A DNA stretch of 42,527 bases, from IMG/VR virus record IMGVR_UViG_3300026299_000100, positions 1 through 42,527 of that record. One strand, given 5' to 3'. Position numbers and translations under genes: made by a program. Every line of letters starts with the position of its first letter. Position 1 is the first letter of the stretch. This DNA comes from a virus. Taxonomy: Duplodnaviria > Caudoviricetes. Shown here piece by piece: positions 9,537 through 18,443 of the stretch. The notes below the pieces were generated by a model. It had not been told where the DNA came from. It did not search any database and worked only from the letters and a program-made list of their open reading frames with translations.

Positions 9537-10876
9537 GCCAGGGCTCCGGCCGCGAAAATCGCGATCCCGGCGATGTGCGGCCGCTGCTGGGTGGGCCACC
9601 AGCCCGCCGCCAGCACCTGCGCCAGCAGGGTCTGGGCGCTGCCGTCGTCATAGATCACCCGCGCATCACAGGCCCCGTGCGCGGCCACCAGCCCGGCCGC
9701 CTCGGCCCCACGGGCGACGGCGGCGGTCGTGGTCGGGACGTAGCTCGACGGCACGAATCCCTGCCATGGCTCCAGCTGCGCGCCCCAGATATGGCAATCG
9801 CCCGAGGTCACGTTGCGGCCCGAGGGCCAAAGCCGGAACCCGATTGACGGGCTGGCGCCGCTGGCATCGCCGGTCATCCGGTAGCCGATGCGCCACCAGC
9901 CGCCGCCCGCAGGCTCGAACAGCACATCCGCGGGCACGGGTGCCCCCGTCACCGCCCCGGTGGCCGTGTCGATTGTGACATTGTCCTCAGGCTGGCCGGT
10001 CCAGTAGCAGTTGAGGGTGCATTTGGTATTGGGCGCGACGGGGCGGACATAGAGGCTGGCGAAATACTGCTGGCCGACGCTATGGGCGGGGACCGTCATC
10101 ACGCGGCTGATCAGGGCCGTGACGCCACCCGTATTGGCCACCAGCGCCGCCGTCATGGAACCGTCCGGGGCGGCTGCATGCGTGGCATTGACGCTGACAC
10201 CGGTCGCGGTCCAGTTCGCGCCGCCGAAACTCTGGCTCTGGGTGGCGTAATTCACGCGCGCGGGCTCGACCATCAGCCCCCGCCGCGCGCCGGTGGCGGG
10301 CCAGTGATCGAACCGCGGCACGTCATTTGCCGCCACCTGCATCACGCCCGAGGTGTCGAAAAACCGCGCTGCCCCGGCGCGGGTGAATCCGAACGCCGAG
10401 GCCCGCCCGATCTGGCCCGCGCCGTTGTGATAAAGCCCGCGCCGGAAATCATAGGCCGCGAGCGGGGCCACGGTCCGGTCGGCCGGGATCATCCATGCCC
10501 ACCAGGGCGTCGAGGGAAGGCGGATCAGCCGCATCTGGAAATCGCGGTGGGTGTCGGAGACGCCGCTCGTCCGCACCGGCTCCTCGGCGGCGAACACCCA
10601 CTTGCGGGGCTGGTCATCCTGCGGATCGCGCCACAGGAAAGGCTTTGCCCCCTGCTCGATCTCGGCCCAGAATTCCCAGAACGCCGCCTGCTCGGCCTGA
10701 TCCGCGGCCGGGAACCGCCCGGCGAATTCCCAGGTCTCGGCCGTCACCCTGCGGCGGAACATCGGCGGGCCGGTTTCCGGGTTGAACGCGGCGCGGCTGT
10801 CGAACGGCATGCCGTCCCAGCCCGTGATATCGGGTGTGGGCAGGAAACCGGCGGGCCAGACGGGCATCAGGGTCAT
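9533..10876 (-). CDS. Distal tail protein with C-terminal fibre/carbohydrate-binding extension
   Basis: N-terminal WP...F.PETGPP..RRR.T Dit-like region after the tape measure; FTRAG, GLMVEPARVN and IWGAQLE...SSYVPT motifs. Confidence 0.7.
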   Translation of the reverse strand: MTLMPVWPAGFLPTPDITGWDGMPFDSRAAFNPETGPPMFRRRVTAETWEFAGRFPAADQAEQAAFWEFWAEIEQGAKPFLWRDPQDDQPRKWVFAAEEPVRTSGVSDTHRDFQMRLIRLPSTPWWAWMIPADRTVAPLAAYDFRRGLYHNGAGQIGRASAFGFTRAGAARFFDTSGVMQVAANDVPRFDHWPATGARRGLMVEPARVNYATQSQSFGGANWTATGVSVNATHAAAPDGSMTAALVANTGGVTALISRVMTVPAHSVGQQYFASLYVRPVAPNTKCTLNCYWTGQPEDNVTIDTATGAVTGAPVPADVLFEPAGGGWWRIGYRMTGDASGASPSIGFRLWPSGRNVTSGDCHIWGAQLEPWQGFVPSSYVPTTTAAVARGAEAAGLVAAHGACDARVIYDDGSAQTLLAQVLAAGWWPTQQRPHIAGIAIFAAGALA

Positions 10877-13626
10877 CGGCGGGCGATCTCCGGTGTCAGG
10901 CCGTGGCGGGTGCTCAGCTGCTTGTCATAGCGGCCGCGGCTGATCGACCGGCCCACGATCATATCAACCACGGCCTCGCCGTTCGGGCCGGTGCTGGTCT
11001 GCTGGCGGATCGGCTCGGGGCTGTTGTTGTGGATGTTGATGATCGGGGCCGCTGCGGCATTGCTGCCTGCGTCCCCCGGCCGGCCGATGCGCGCGGTGCC
11101 CCAGTCCTGCGGCGCATACGCGCCATTGAGGCTGCCGACATAGCCGCCGTCGGCCAGCGCGATCGGGCTGCCGCCCGCCAGACCCCCCAGCAGGTCTGAG
11201 AGGCTCGCGCCCCCGTTGATAGCCTCCAGCAGCGGCAGGTGCTGCCCGGTGGCGGCGGCGTTGACGACATATTCGCCGTTGGAGAGGCGCGTCAGGATCC
11301 GGTCGTCGCGCGGCCCGCCGGGGCCGATCACCCGGCCGCCTTCCGCCTTGGCGGGCAGGCCCAGCCAGTCGCCGATCAGCCCCTGCAACCCGCCACTGTC
11401 GCCCGTGCCCTGCCAGAACATGTCCCAGACGGCCGAGCTGGCCATCTCGGCCAGGGATTCCAGAACCATCGACAGCGCGTCGGAAAACGAGCTGGCGCCG
11501 GTCGCCAGGCTGCTGAACGCGCGGCCACCGATCTGGCCGATCTCCTCGATCCGGTCGCCGATCGCCTCCAGCCGCTCCCGCTCCTGGATCAGGCCGACGA
11601 CCTGCGCCTTTTCCGCCTCGGTGGCCCCGGCCAGCGCCTCGTGGTTTTCCAGGATGATGCGCTGGATCGGATCGGTGGTGCGCAAGAGCGCGATCTGCCG
11701 CTCCTGCGCCTCGCGCAACGTCTTCAGCGCATCGGCCTGCTTCGTGATCTCCGAGGCCCCGCCGCCAGAGCCCACGCCCGCGGCGCGGCTTGAAACCTCG
11801 GGAACCTTGAAATTCTCGACATCGAAGGTGTTGCTGGTGCCTGGCGATGCGCCGAAGCGGCGCGGGTCTCCGCCGCGCCCGCCATAGAGCTTGCCGCTGG
11901 CCGGATCGACGCCGCTGTTGAACGCCTCCTGCCGCGCCGCCGCGGCCGCCAAGGCCGCATCCCAGAGCGTGCCCGCCAGGGTGCTGGCATCGCCGATCGC
12001 CCCGGCCAGCCAGCCGCCGCCGGGTGCCGAGGCCACCAGCGCCATCATGGCCGATGTCGCGCCGTCGGCCTCGCCCTTCAGCGCGGCCATTTCCAGCGTC
12101 AGGGCCCCGGCTTCGGCCAGCGCGTCCTGGATGGCGGGCGGCAGGCTGTCCAGGCTGACTCCGGCCTCGCGCATCACGTCGCGCAGCGCCTGCATCGCGG
12201 CGATGCGGTCGTCGAAACTGGCTGCATCCCGGACAACGGCGAAGGCATCTGCGAGCCGGATTGCATCCGCCTCGGATACCTTCAGTACACTCTGCAATTC
12301 GCGCACTGCACTGGCGGTTTTTTCCGCTGCGACGGAGAGGTGGGCGGTATCCTTTTCCAATGCAGCTGCGAGTGAAGTGTCGGGCGAGACCATGAGGTCT
12401 TCGAACGCCTTTGCCTGGCTGACAGCGAGGGCAGCATCCATCCGGGCCGAGAACCGCCCCCAATCCTCCTCAGCATTCTGGATGCCCTCGGCCAGCGCGG
12501 TGCGGGCCTGGGCGATACGCAGCTCCTCCTGCGCCCGCGCGGCATCGCGGATCGCCAGGGCATAGCTGCCATATTTCTCGATCAGCTCGGACAGCGACAG
12601 GTCAAGGATGGCACGGGTGTCGCGCAGGCCCGCCTCGATCTCGCCCAGCCTCTGGGTGGCATCGGCCACGGTCTCGGCGGCCTCTTCGGCCTGGCCGAAC
12701 CACTGCACCGCCGCCGCGCCGAATCCGATCACCGCCATGGTGGCCAGCGACATCGGGTTGATCAGCATGCCGAAGGCGCTGACCAGGGCCGTGCGCAGTC
12801 CGACGCCCGCCAACCTCATCTGGCCGAACACCTGCACGACCTGGGGCCCTTGCTGCATCATCAGCAGGAACGGGCTCTGCCCCATCGCCATCATCATGCC
12901 GATGTCATTGAGCTGATAGCTCAGCTGCCCGGCATATTGCGCCGCCTGCTGATTGGACCGTCCGAACCGATCGGTCGCCGTCACCGCCGGCGCCATCGAC
13001 TGCGCCAGCCGCTCGCGGGCGGCGGCGGCCGTGGTGGCCGAGATCGCGCCCAGCCGCTCGGCTTCGGCGATCTCCCCCAGCGCCAGCTCGTACTGGCGGC
13101 TGGAGGCAAAGAGCGGATCGAATTTCGCGCGCAGCTGGTCCAGCGCCTGGCCATGGCGCAGGTGGTCGGCGATGCTTTCGTCCTCGGAGCGGCTCAGCCC
13201 GGTGTTGCGCGCGATCAGCTGCTGGATGGCGGTGTCGTGGTGCCGGATCGCCGCGGTCGTGCCGTCGAGCGTCACGCCGGCGGCCTCCATCCGGGCCTGC
13301 AGCTCGATCGCCTGGCGGGCCAGCAGATCATGCGCCAGCGCCGCCTCGCGGGCCGACAGCGCACCCGTCTCCTCGGCGATGGTCAGCTGGTCGACGGCGG
13401 CGGCCAGCGCATTGGCCTCGGCCACCATAGGCTGCATCGAGGCGCGCAGCATCTGGACCATGCTGCCCCATTCGGCAGCGCCGTCCGAGGCGGCCGCCAT
13501 GCCGCCGCCGGCGTCACGTCCCGCCTCCGCCAGCTGGGCCACGCCCTCGCGCATGGATGCGACCTCGGCCCGCGCGCGCTGCGCGTTGGCTTCGATCAAC
13601 ATGCTGATGCGCAGATCACCTGCCAC
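10873..13626 (-). CDS. Tail tape measure protein
   Basis: 917 aa Ala-rich helical protein; QLNDIG...QQGPQ lambda-type motif; GPGGPRDD...LSNGEYVVNA. Confidence 0.92.
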   Translation of the reverse strand: MAGDLRISMLIEANAQRARAEVASMREGVAQLAEAGRDAGGGMAAASDGAAEWGSMVQMLRASMQPMVAEANALAAAVDQLTIAEETGALSAREAALAHDLLARQAIELQARMEAAGVTLDGTTAAIRHHDTAIQQLIARNTGLSRSEDESIADHLRHGQALDQLRAKFDPLFASSRQYELALGEIAEAERLGAISATTAAAARERLAQSMAPAVTATDRFGRSNQQAAQYAGQLSYQLNDIGMMMAMGQSPFLLMMQQGPQVVQVFGQMRLAGVGLRTALVSAFGMLINPMSLATMAVIGFGAAAVQWFGQAEEAAETVADATQRLGEIEAGLRDTRAILDLSLSELIEKYGSYALAIRDAARAQEELRIAQARTALAEGIQNAEEDWGRFSARMDAALAVSQAKAFEDLMVSPDTSLAAALEKDTAHLSVAAEKTASAVRELQSVLKVSEADAIRLADAFAVVRDAASFDDRIAAMQALRDVMREAGVSLDSLPPAIQDALAEAGALTLEMAALKGEADGATSAMMALVASAPGGGWLAGAIGDASTLAGTLWDAALAAAAARQEAFNSGVDPASGKLYGGRGGDPRRFGASPGTSNTFDVENFKVPEVSSRAAGVGSGGGASEITKQADALKTLREAQERQIALLRTTDPIQRIILENHEALAGATEAEKAQVVGLIQERERLEAIGDRIEEIGQIGGRAFSSLATGASSFSDALSMVLESLAEMASSAVWDMFWQGTGDSGGLQGLIGDWLGLPAKAEGGRVIGPGGPRDDRILTRLSNGEYVVNAAATGQHLPLLEAINGGASLSDLLGGLAGGSPIALADGGYVGSLNGAYAPQDWGTARIGRPGDAGSNAAAAPIINIHNNSPEPIRQQTSTGPNGEAVVDMIVGRSISRGRYDKQLSTRHGLTPEIARR

Positions 13627-13924
13627 GGCGGTTCAGCTCCTCAACGGCGGCACCCTCGATCGTGCGCACCTCGTCCCATTCCTCCGGGCTGACCCCGATC
13701 CCGGCGAGGCCCAGCCCGGCTTTGGCGGCGCTGTAATCCAGCCCCAGCCAGACGATGCGGGCGCTCTCCATGGTGTTGAGCGCCTCTGTCCGCATCTGCC
13801 CCGACACGGCGCACCAGGCGCGCCAGGCCGGGATGTGCATCTCCCAGAGCTCCGCCACCGGGGCCGGGGCTTCCTCGGGCAGGGTCAGCCTCATACGGGC
13901 GGCATCTGCCCGGACCCTCTCCAT
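13616..13924 (-). CDS. Tail assembly chaperone, C-terminal (gpT-like, DUF1799-like) part reached by -1 frameshift
   Basis: GLDYSA motif; frame open back to the slippery site at 13987. Confidence 0.8.
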   Translation of the reverse strand: MERVRADAARMRLTLPEEAPAPVAELWEMHIPAWRAWCAVSGQMRTEALNTMESARIVWLGLDYSAAKAGLGLAGIGVSPEEWDEVRTIEGAAVEELNRRGR

Positions 13925-13983
13925 GCTGGCGCGGCGCTGGTCCGAGGCTGCCCGACCGCGCGCCCAGGCGCGGCCGAGCGCGG

Positions 13984-14322
13984 TCAGTTTCCCCGGCGCG
14001 GGGCCTTGGCGCCCGAGATCATCGAGGTATAGGCTTGGACGATCCCGAGCCGGACGTAATGCAGGTCGATCAGGGTGATCAGGTTGTCCTCGGAAAACTC
14101 GAACGGCTCGCCGTCCTCGCCTTTCAGATCCTCCCAGCCGACCACGACGCGGCGCAGGAATTCGTCGGTGCTGGAGGCGTTCAGCGCGTCGTAACCGGCC
14201 TCCTCGGACCGGGTCAGCGCGCGGAACCGGGCCTTGAACGAATGCTCGACCTGCCCCTTGTCGGTGGGCACCTGCACCTTGACCAGGGCGGTGAATTCGG
14301 GGTTCTTGACGATCTTCAGCAT
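13984..14322 (-). CDS. Tail assembly chaperone (gpG-like)
   Basis: F.ARFR, VVGWEDL...GEPFEFS motifs; between tube and tape measure genes. Confidence 0.85.
   Translation of the reverse strand: MLKIVKNPEFTALVKVQVPTDKGQVEHSFKARFRALTRSEEAGYDALNASSTDEFLRRVVVGWEDLKGEDGEPFEFSEDNLITLIDLHYVRLGIVQAYTSMISGAKAPRRGN
13987..13993 (-). other. Programmed -1 ribosomal frameshift site G GGA AAC
   Basis: X XXY YYZ heptamer just before the chaperone stop; -1 frame reads GKLTALGRAWARG... without stops into 13924. Confidence 0.85.
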
Positions 14323-14335
14323 GTGCAGATGCTCC

Positions 14336-15274
14336 TCAGGTGAATGCCAGGGTGAACTGGTCGTTGCCGCTGTCGCTGGGCAGGCACTTGCCGCGCAGCT
14401 GGTATTCCAGCACCCCGTCCTGCTGGGTCAGGTCGCCGGGGTTCAGGATCTGGAACCGCGCGACCGACAGCGTGACGATTTTGCCCGCGCCGACGCCATG
14501 GACCAGCGACACCGCCTGGGTAGTGCCGGCATCGGCCAGGCTGAACGGGTTGAACGTGGCCAGCGCCTCGGCCTCGATCTGGAATTCCAGCGATTCATCG
14601 GATTGCGGGATGATCACCTGGCGTCGGCGGACGAGGTTGCGGAACACCACCTGGTTGCCGGCGCTGAAGGTCAGGCTCCGCAGGCCTGCCGTGGCGAAGG
14701 CGCCGATCGAGAAGGTCGGCACCGTCTCGGTCGTGGCCTCCTGCGGGATCTGGGTCAGCTGGGCCCCAAAGGTCGGCGCCGGGATGGCCTGGCTGGTCGG
14801 CTGGGTGAACAGCCCTGTGAAGGTGAATTCGATCACCACGATGCCGTCGGCATTCAGTTTGTACTTCCAGTCGCCGCGCGCCCCGATCAGCTTGAACAGG
14901 ATCCCGTCGATGTAGAAATAGAGCGAGCACGACTTGTGGGTGGTCGAGGTCGGGTTGTAGGTCACCGATGTGGCGGCGACGATCACCTCGGCCATCTTGC
15001 AGCTGCGCAAGAGGACACCGAAGCCCGGTGCCGTGCCTGCCGTGCCCGACCCCTTGGCCTCGACCTCGAAGGTGATCTTCATGTGCTTGCCGACCAGCAG
15101 CGCCGGGCGCGCGCCCTGGTAGGGCCGCGAATGCTGCCGCGTCACCTCGGTCGCCTGCATCGGCGTCAGCTTGACGTTCTGCGCGAGGATGGCATTGGCC
15201 GCGCCGGTCGGCGCAGAGTCGGTGCCATAGGTCGTTTCTTCCTTGGCCGTGATCAGCTGGAGGTCCCAGAACAT
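14336..15274 (-). CDS. Major tail tube protein
   Basis: AKEETTYGTD, GSGTAGTAP..G.LLR.C, C-terminal GNDQFTLAF. Confidence 0.85.
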   Translation of the reverse strand: MFWDLQLITAKEETTYGTDSAPTGAANAILAQNVKLTPMQATEVTRQHSRPYQGARPALLVGKHMKITFEVEAKGSGTAGTAPGFGVLLRSCKMAEVIVAATSVTYNPTSTTHKSCSLYFYIDGILFKLIGARGDWKYKLNADGIVVIEFTFTGLFTQPTSQAIPAPTFGAQLTQIPQEATTETVPTFSIGAFATAGLRSLTFSAGNQVVFRNLVRRRQVIIPQSDESLEFQIEAEALATFNPFSLADAGTTQAVSLVHGVGAGKIVTLSVARFQILNPGDLTQQDGVLEYQLRGKCLPSDSGNDQFTLAFT

Positions 15275-15278
15275 CGGC

Positions 15279-15536
15279 TCAGCCCTCTTTCTCGGGGGCT
15301 TTTACGCCCCGTTTAACGGTGGGTTTCGGGGCGGGTTCGGCCGGGGCTTCCGCCACCGTGGTCATGACCCCGGCCTCCGGCACGACCGGATCGACCCCGA
15401 CCGGGTCGGTCGCGGCTGCCGGCGGGCCATCGACAACCGGCAGGCCGGTCTCAGGATCGACGAGGGTCAGCGAGCCGTCGGGATTGCGGATGTAGCTGCC
15501 GCCGGCGGCGGGCAGGGGATGGTCGGGGGCGGTCAT
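15279..15536 (-). CDS. Small Pro-rich hypothetical protein
   Basis: LPAAGGSYIRNPDGSL motif; ATGA-coupled. Confidence 0.65.
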   Translation of the reverse strand: MTAPDHPLPAAGGSYIRNPDGSLTLVDPETGLPVVDGPPAAATDPVGVDPVVPEAGVMTTVAEAPAEPAPKPTVKRGVKAPEKEG

Positions 15537-15970
15537 CGGGTGTACCTCAGCTGGGTGGATGTGGCGAACTGATAGCCCCAGGCAAAAAATCCGGGCTTGA
15601 ACGAGACGGGCGCACCGTGCACGAGGCGCAGCGCGCCATTGGCGCCGTCCGGGATCCAGCCGATCAGCGCCGCGCGCACCGCAGCCTTCGCGGCCTCGAC
15701 CTCATCGACCAGCTTGTCGCCTGCGCGGTTCGAGATCTCGCGGAATGTCAGGATCACGGCGATGCTCAGCTGCACCGGCTGGATGTAGGACCCGGCGGAG
15801 ATCGACGCCTGGCCGCCGCGTTCGTCGCCGATCAGGACGAAGGCGCTGATGCCGGTCTGGTCCGGCAGCTTGCCCTCAAGTACCGCCGCCAGATCCGCGG
15901 CAAGACCCACCTTGCGCAGGCCGGTGGCCTGTTCCTTCAGGCGGGTGGCGATGGAAACCAGGTCGACCAT
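15533..15970 (-). CDS. Tail terminator / Mu gp37-like protein
   Basis: VRAALIGWIP motif; follows gp36. Confidence 0.75.
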   Translation of the reverse strand: MVDLVSIATRLKEQATGLRKVGLAADLAAVLEGKLPDQTGISAFVLIGDERGGQASISAGSYIQPVQLSIAVILTFREISNRAGDKLVDEVEAAKAAVRAALIGWIPDGANGALRLVHGAPVSFKPGFFAWGYQFATSTQLRYTR

Positions 15971-16401
15971 CAGATGAACCCCGTCATCTTCTCGGGGGTG
16001 AACATCCGCTCGCGGTCGGTGATCTGGACGCCGCCGCCCTGCGGCGCGGGCGGTTCGACCCCGGCGGCATCCTTGAGCTGGATCACGCCCCTGGCGATCT
16101 CCTGAAGGCGCTTCAGGGCGTTGTCGTAGTCAGCCTTGATCTTGGCCTCTGGCTCGGTGATGTGCAGGTCGTAGATGGCGATGGCCTGGGCGATCGGTTC
16201 CAGCATCGGCGGGGTCGAGGCCAGCGGCAGGGCATAAAGGCCTGCCAGATAGCCGTCGATCAGCGCATCCGCGCCAGTCAGGGCGCGGGCCACCACCACG
16301 GCATCCACCGCCTCATCCGGCGGATCGGCGCGATCCGACAGCGCGATCAGCATCGCCTCGCCGTAGCGATCGATCAGCTGCTGTTGGGTGGCATAGGTCA
16401 T
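15970..16401 (-). CDS. Mu gp36-like head-tail adaptor (DUF1320)
   Basis: MTYAT...LIDRYG, IDGYL...Y.LPL, IAIYDL, Y..A...L..IA.G. Confidence 0.9.
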   Translation of the reverse strand: MTYATQQQLIDRYGEAMLIALSDRADPPDEAVDAVVVARALTGADALIDGYLAGLYALPLASTPPMLEPIAQAIAIYDLHITEPEAKIKADYDNALKRLQEIARGVIQLKDAAGVEPPAPQGGGVQITDRERMFTPEKMTGFI

Positions 16402-16422
16402 CTGGGCCTCTGTGCGTTTGTC

Positions 16423-16496
16423 GGGGGCTACCCTCCCCCCTGGCTGCCGGGTCCACGCTCTCGGCCGTGGCTCGCTATGGGCGGGGCTGCGGCAGC
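16423..16496 (-). ncRNA. Candidate structured RNA in the tRNA trailer
   Basis: GCTGCCG/CGGCAGC stem enclosing CGC/GCG and CCACG/CGTGG hairpins, then a GGGGG/CCCCC hairpin. Confidence 0.35.
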
Positions 16497-16510
16497 TTCC
16501 CCTGGTATTC

Positions 16511-16585
16511 TGGTTGCGGGGGCGGGGATCGAACCCGCGACTTCGGGATTATGAGTCCCGCGCTCTACCGCTGAGCTACCCCGCG
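16511..16585 (-). tRNA. tRNA with CAT anticodon (Met-type), encoded CCA
   Basis: CGCGGGG TA GCTC AGCGGTA GAGC G CGGGA CTCATAA TCCCG AAGTC GCGGG TTCGATC CCCGC CCCCGCA A CCA folds as a full cloverleaf. Confidence 0.96.
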
Positions 16586-16590
16586 TCAGA

Positions 16591-17025
16591 TCACTGCCAG
16601 CCGATCAGCGTCAGCTCCGGGTCGCCGCGGAGCGACAGCAGCTGGTCATCGGTCAGATCGGCGAGCGGCACCGGCACAGGCGCGGCCGTGAAGTGGCGAC
16701 CGGCGCGCCAGCGGCCCTTCTCCGGCCCCCTGACGATGATCTCGGCGGGCCAGCCGGCGCGATCGAAGGGGGCATCGGTCACCGGGGCGGCGGACGCCAC
16801 CTGGGGGGATGACTGCTGCATCTCCGCCGCCCCGGTTTCACCGGCTGCCGCCGGTTCGGTTTCGGCTCCGGCGGAGGGGACGACTGCACCGCCCGCCTCC
16901 GCCTTTGCCTCGCCCTCGCTTCCCGTCGCGGGCGTCGTCGGACCGCTGGCTTTGTCGTCGGCCGCCGCGGTCTTCTTTTCGTCCTGGTCGCCAGCCGTGG
17001 CGGCAGGGGTCGTTTTCTTCGACAT
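16591..17025 (-). CDS. Mu gp35 / HI1506-like protein
   Basis: Low-complexity N-terminus, then GRWRAGRHFT...LTDDQL..L..DP.L; SD AAGGA; follows the capsid gene. Confidence 0.7.
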   Translation of the reverse strand: MSKKTTPAATAGDQDEKKTAAADDKASGPTTPATGSEGEAKAEAGGAVVPSAGAETEPAAAGETGAAEMQQSSPQVASAAPVTDAPFDRAGWPAEIIVRGPEKGRWRAGRHFTAAPVPVPLADLTDDQLLSLRGDPELTLIGWQ

Positions 17026-17102
17026 CGGATAATCCTTTCGGCTCGATAAGGGGGCGGGCGCGCCGCCCCCCATGGAACCGACCGCGGCCAGCGCCGCCGG
17101 AA

Positions 17103-17999
17103 TCAGGCCAGCCAGGGCGTGACCATCAGCTCTGCCGTGCCCTTCCACGGGTTGGTTTCGCCGCCGGCCGCATATTCCGAGTTCAACAGCTTGAGGGCCG
17201 CGGCTTCCAGCGAGGGCGGCACGATCAGCAGGCGCGGCTTCAGGCCCAGCGGGCGGTCGAAATCGCCCTTCATGCCCATCAGGGCCGAGCGCGCGGCGGC
17301 ATAGCTGGTGGCATCCAGCGTCTGCTTCGAGCCATAGGCAAACTGCCAGAAGCCGAAGCCCACGTTCGCCCGTGCATCCGATCCGTAGATGAACTCCCGG
17401 TTCATGAAGACGTGGTCGTCATCGACCCGCGTTTTCGGCACGAACTCGAAGTCCTTGCGCTTTTGCAGGATGATCGGCTTCAGCGCCTGACTGATGTCCA
17501 AGAGGAACCATGGCGCGCCACCGCCGCCGCCGGTGTTCGAGACCTGGTTGACGGTCACGCCATCGGCGGCCAGCACCGGATGATCGGTGTCGAAGAAATA
17601 CTGGCCGTCGTAACAGTTGGTGGTGAAGCCTGCCTTCAGGAGGCCCCAGACCAACTCGTCCCATTTCGCGCCGGTGGAGAGGCCCATCTGGGTGAACATG
17701 GGGCCGTAGATGCCGAGGTTGTCGGTCTCGATATCGTCCTTGTCGACCGTGATGGTCAGTTCCCAGGCCTTCTCCTTGATCTTGTAGTCGGAGACGGAGA
17801 GGTTCTGCAGCTGGCGGGGGCCGAGCCATTCGCGCACGGCCGGGATCTTGCCCAGCCAGGCATAGGTCTGCTCCTTGACCGAGGCGGGCACGACCGTGGT
17901 GATCTTCTCATAATCAGAGGAGGCCTGCCCCACACCGGCCGAATAGGCGGTGCTGAAGCCGGTGGCGAGAAGGGCGAGGTTGGCGGCGTTGACGAGCAT
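17103..17999 (-). CDS. Major capsid protein (Mu gpT family)
   Basis: YAWLG..P..REW.G, CYDGQYFFDTDHPV, KPIILQ.R, GFGFWQ.AYGS. Confidence 0.95.
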   Translation of the reverse strand: MLVNAANLALLATGFSTAYSAGVGQASSDYEKITTVVPASVKEQTYAWLGKIPAVREWLGPRQLQNLSVSDYKIKEKAWELTITVDKDDIETDNLGIYGPMFTQMGLSTGAKWDELVWGLLKAGFTTNCYDGQYFFDTDHPVLAADGVTVNQVSNTGGGGGAPWFLLDISQALKPIILQKRKDFEFVPKTRVDDDHVFMNREFIYGSDARANVGFGFWQFAYGSKQTLDATSYAAARSALMGMKGDFDRPLGLKPRLLIVPPSLEAAALKLLNSEYAAGGETNPWKGTAELMVTPWLA

Positions 18000-18011
18000 G
18001 TTGCGGAATCC

Positions 18012-18443
18012 TTACGAGAGGACAGCGCGGGTCAGGGCCTCGTCGAACCGGACCCAGACGCCCTGCGCGTCCACGTCCTCGACGGTGCCCGCCGGGCTGC
18101 GGGTGTTGGTGCCGTTGGTCTTGGCGACCGTCTGGTCATCGACGATGAAACAGGCGGTGCCGATCTCGGCCTTGGTGATCGCATCCGCCGCCGACGAGTT
18201 TCCGAAACGGAACACGCCGGGCCGGTAGGTGATCGACACGGTGTCGGCCGAGACGCTGGTGGCGCGCTCCATGGACACGCCGACCCCGAACGATCCGGTC
18301 GCGGTGGCACCCTCGATCAGGTTGCCGGCGGCGTTGCGCATCAGGATGGCACCTGCGAAGATCGCCTGGGAGGCCCCCAGAAGGCCGGTGCGATTGTCGC
18401 CCTCGCGGCGGGGCGAATTGCGGTCAGCGGTCAGCGGCGCCAT
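18012..18443 (-). CDS. Putative head decoration/cement protein
   Basis: LTADRN.P, GVFRFGNS, CFIVDDQTV...RS.AG...GVWV; between protease and capsid genes. Confidence 0.7.
   Translation of the reverse strand: MAPLTADRNSPRREGDNRTGLLGASQAIFAGAILMRNAAGNLIEGATATGSFGVGVSMERATSVSADTVSITYRPGVFRFGNSSAADAITKAEIGTACFIVDDQTVAKTNGTNTRSPAGTVEDVDAQGVWVRFDEALTRAVLS

Noticed and set aside
16402..16510. HDV-like (theta) ribozyme after the tRNA
   Set aside because: No partner strand for a P1 helix starting at the tRNA 3' end and no nested double pseudoknot found by eye
16511..16585. tRNA as an attachment site
   Set aside because: No integrase, no duplicated tRNA 3' end, and it lies mid-operon in a transposable phage
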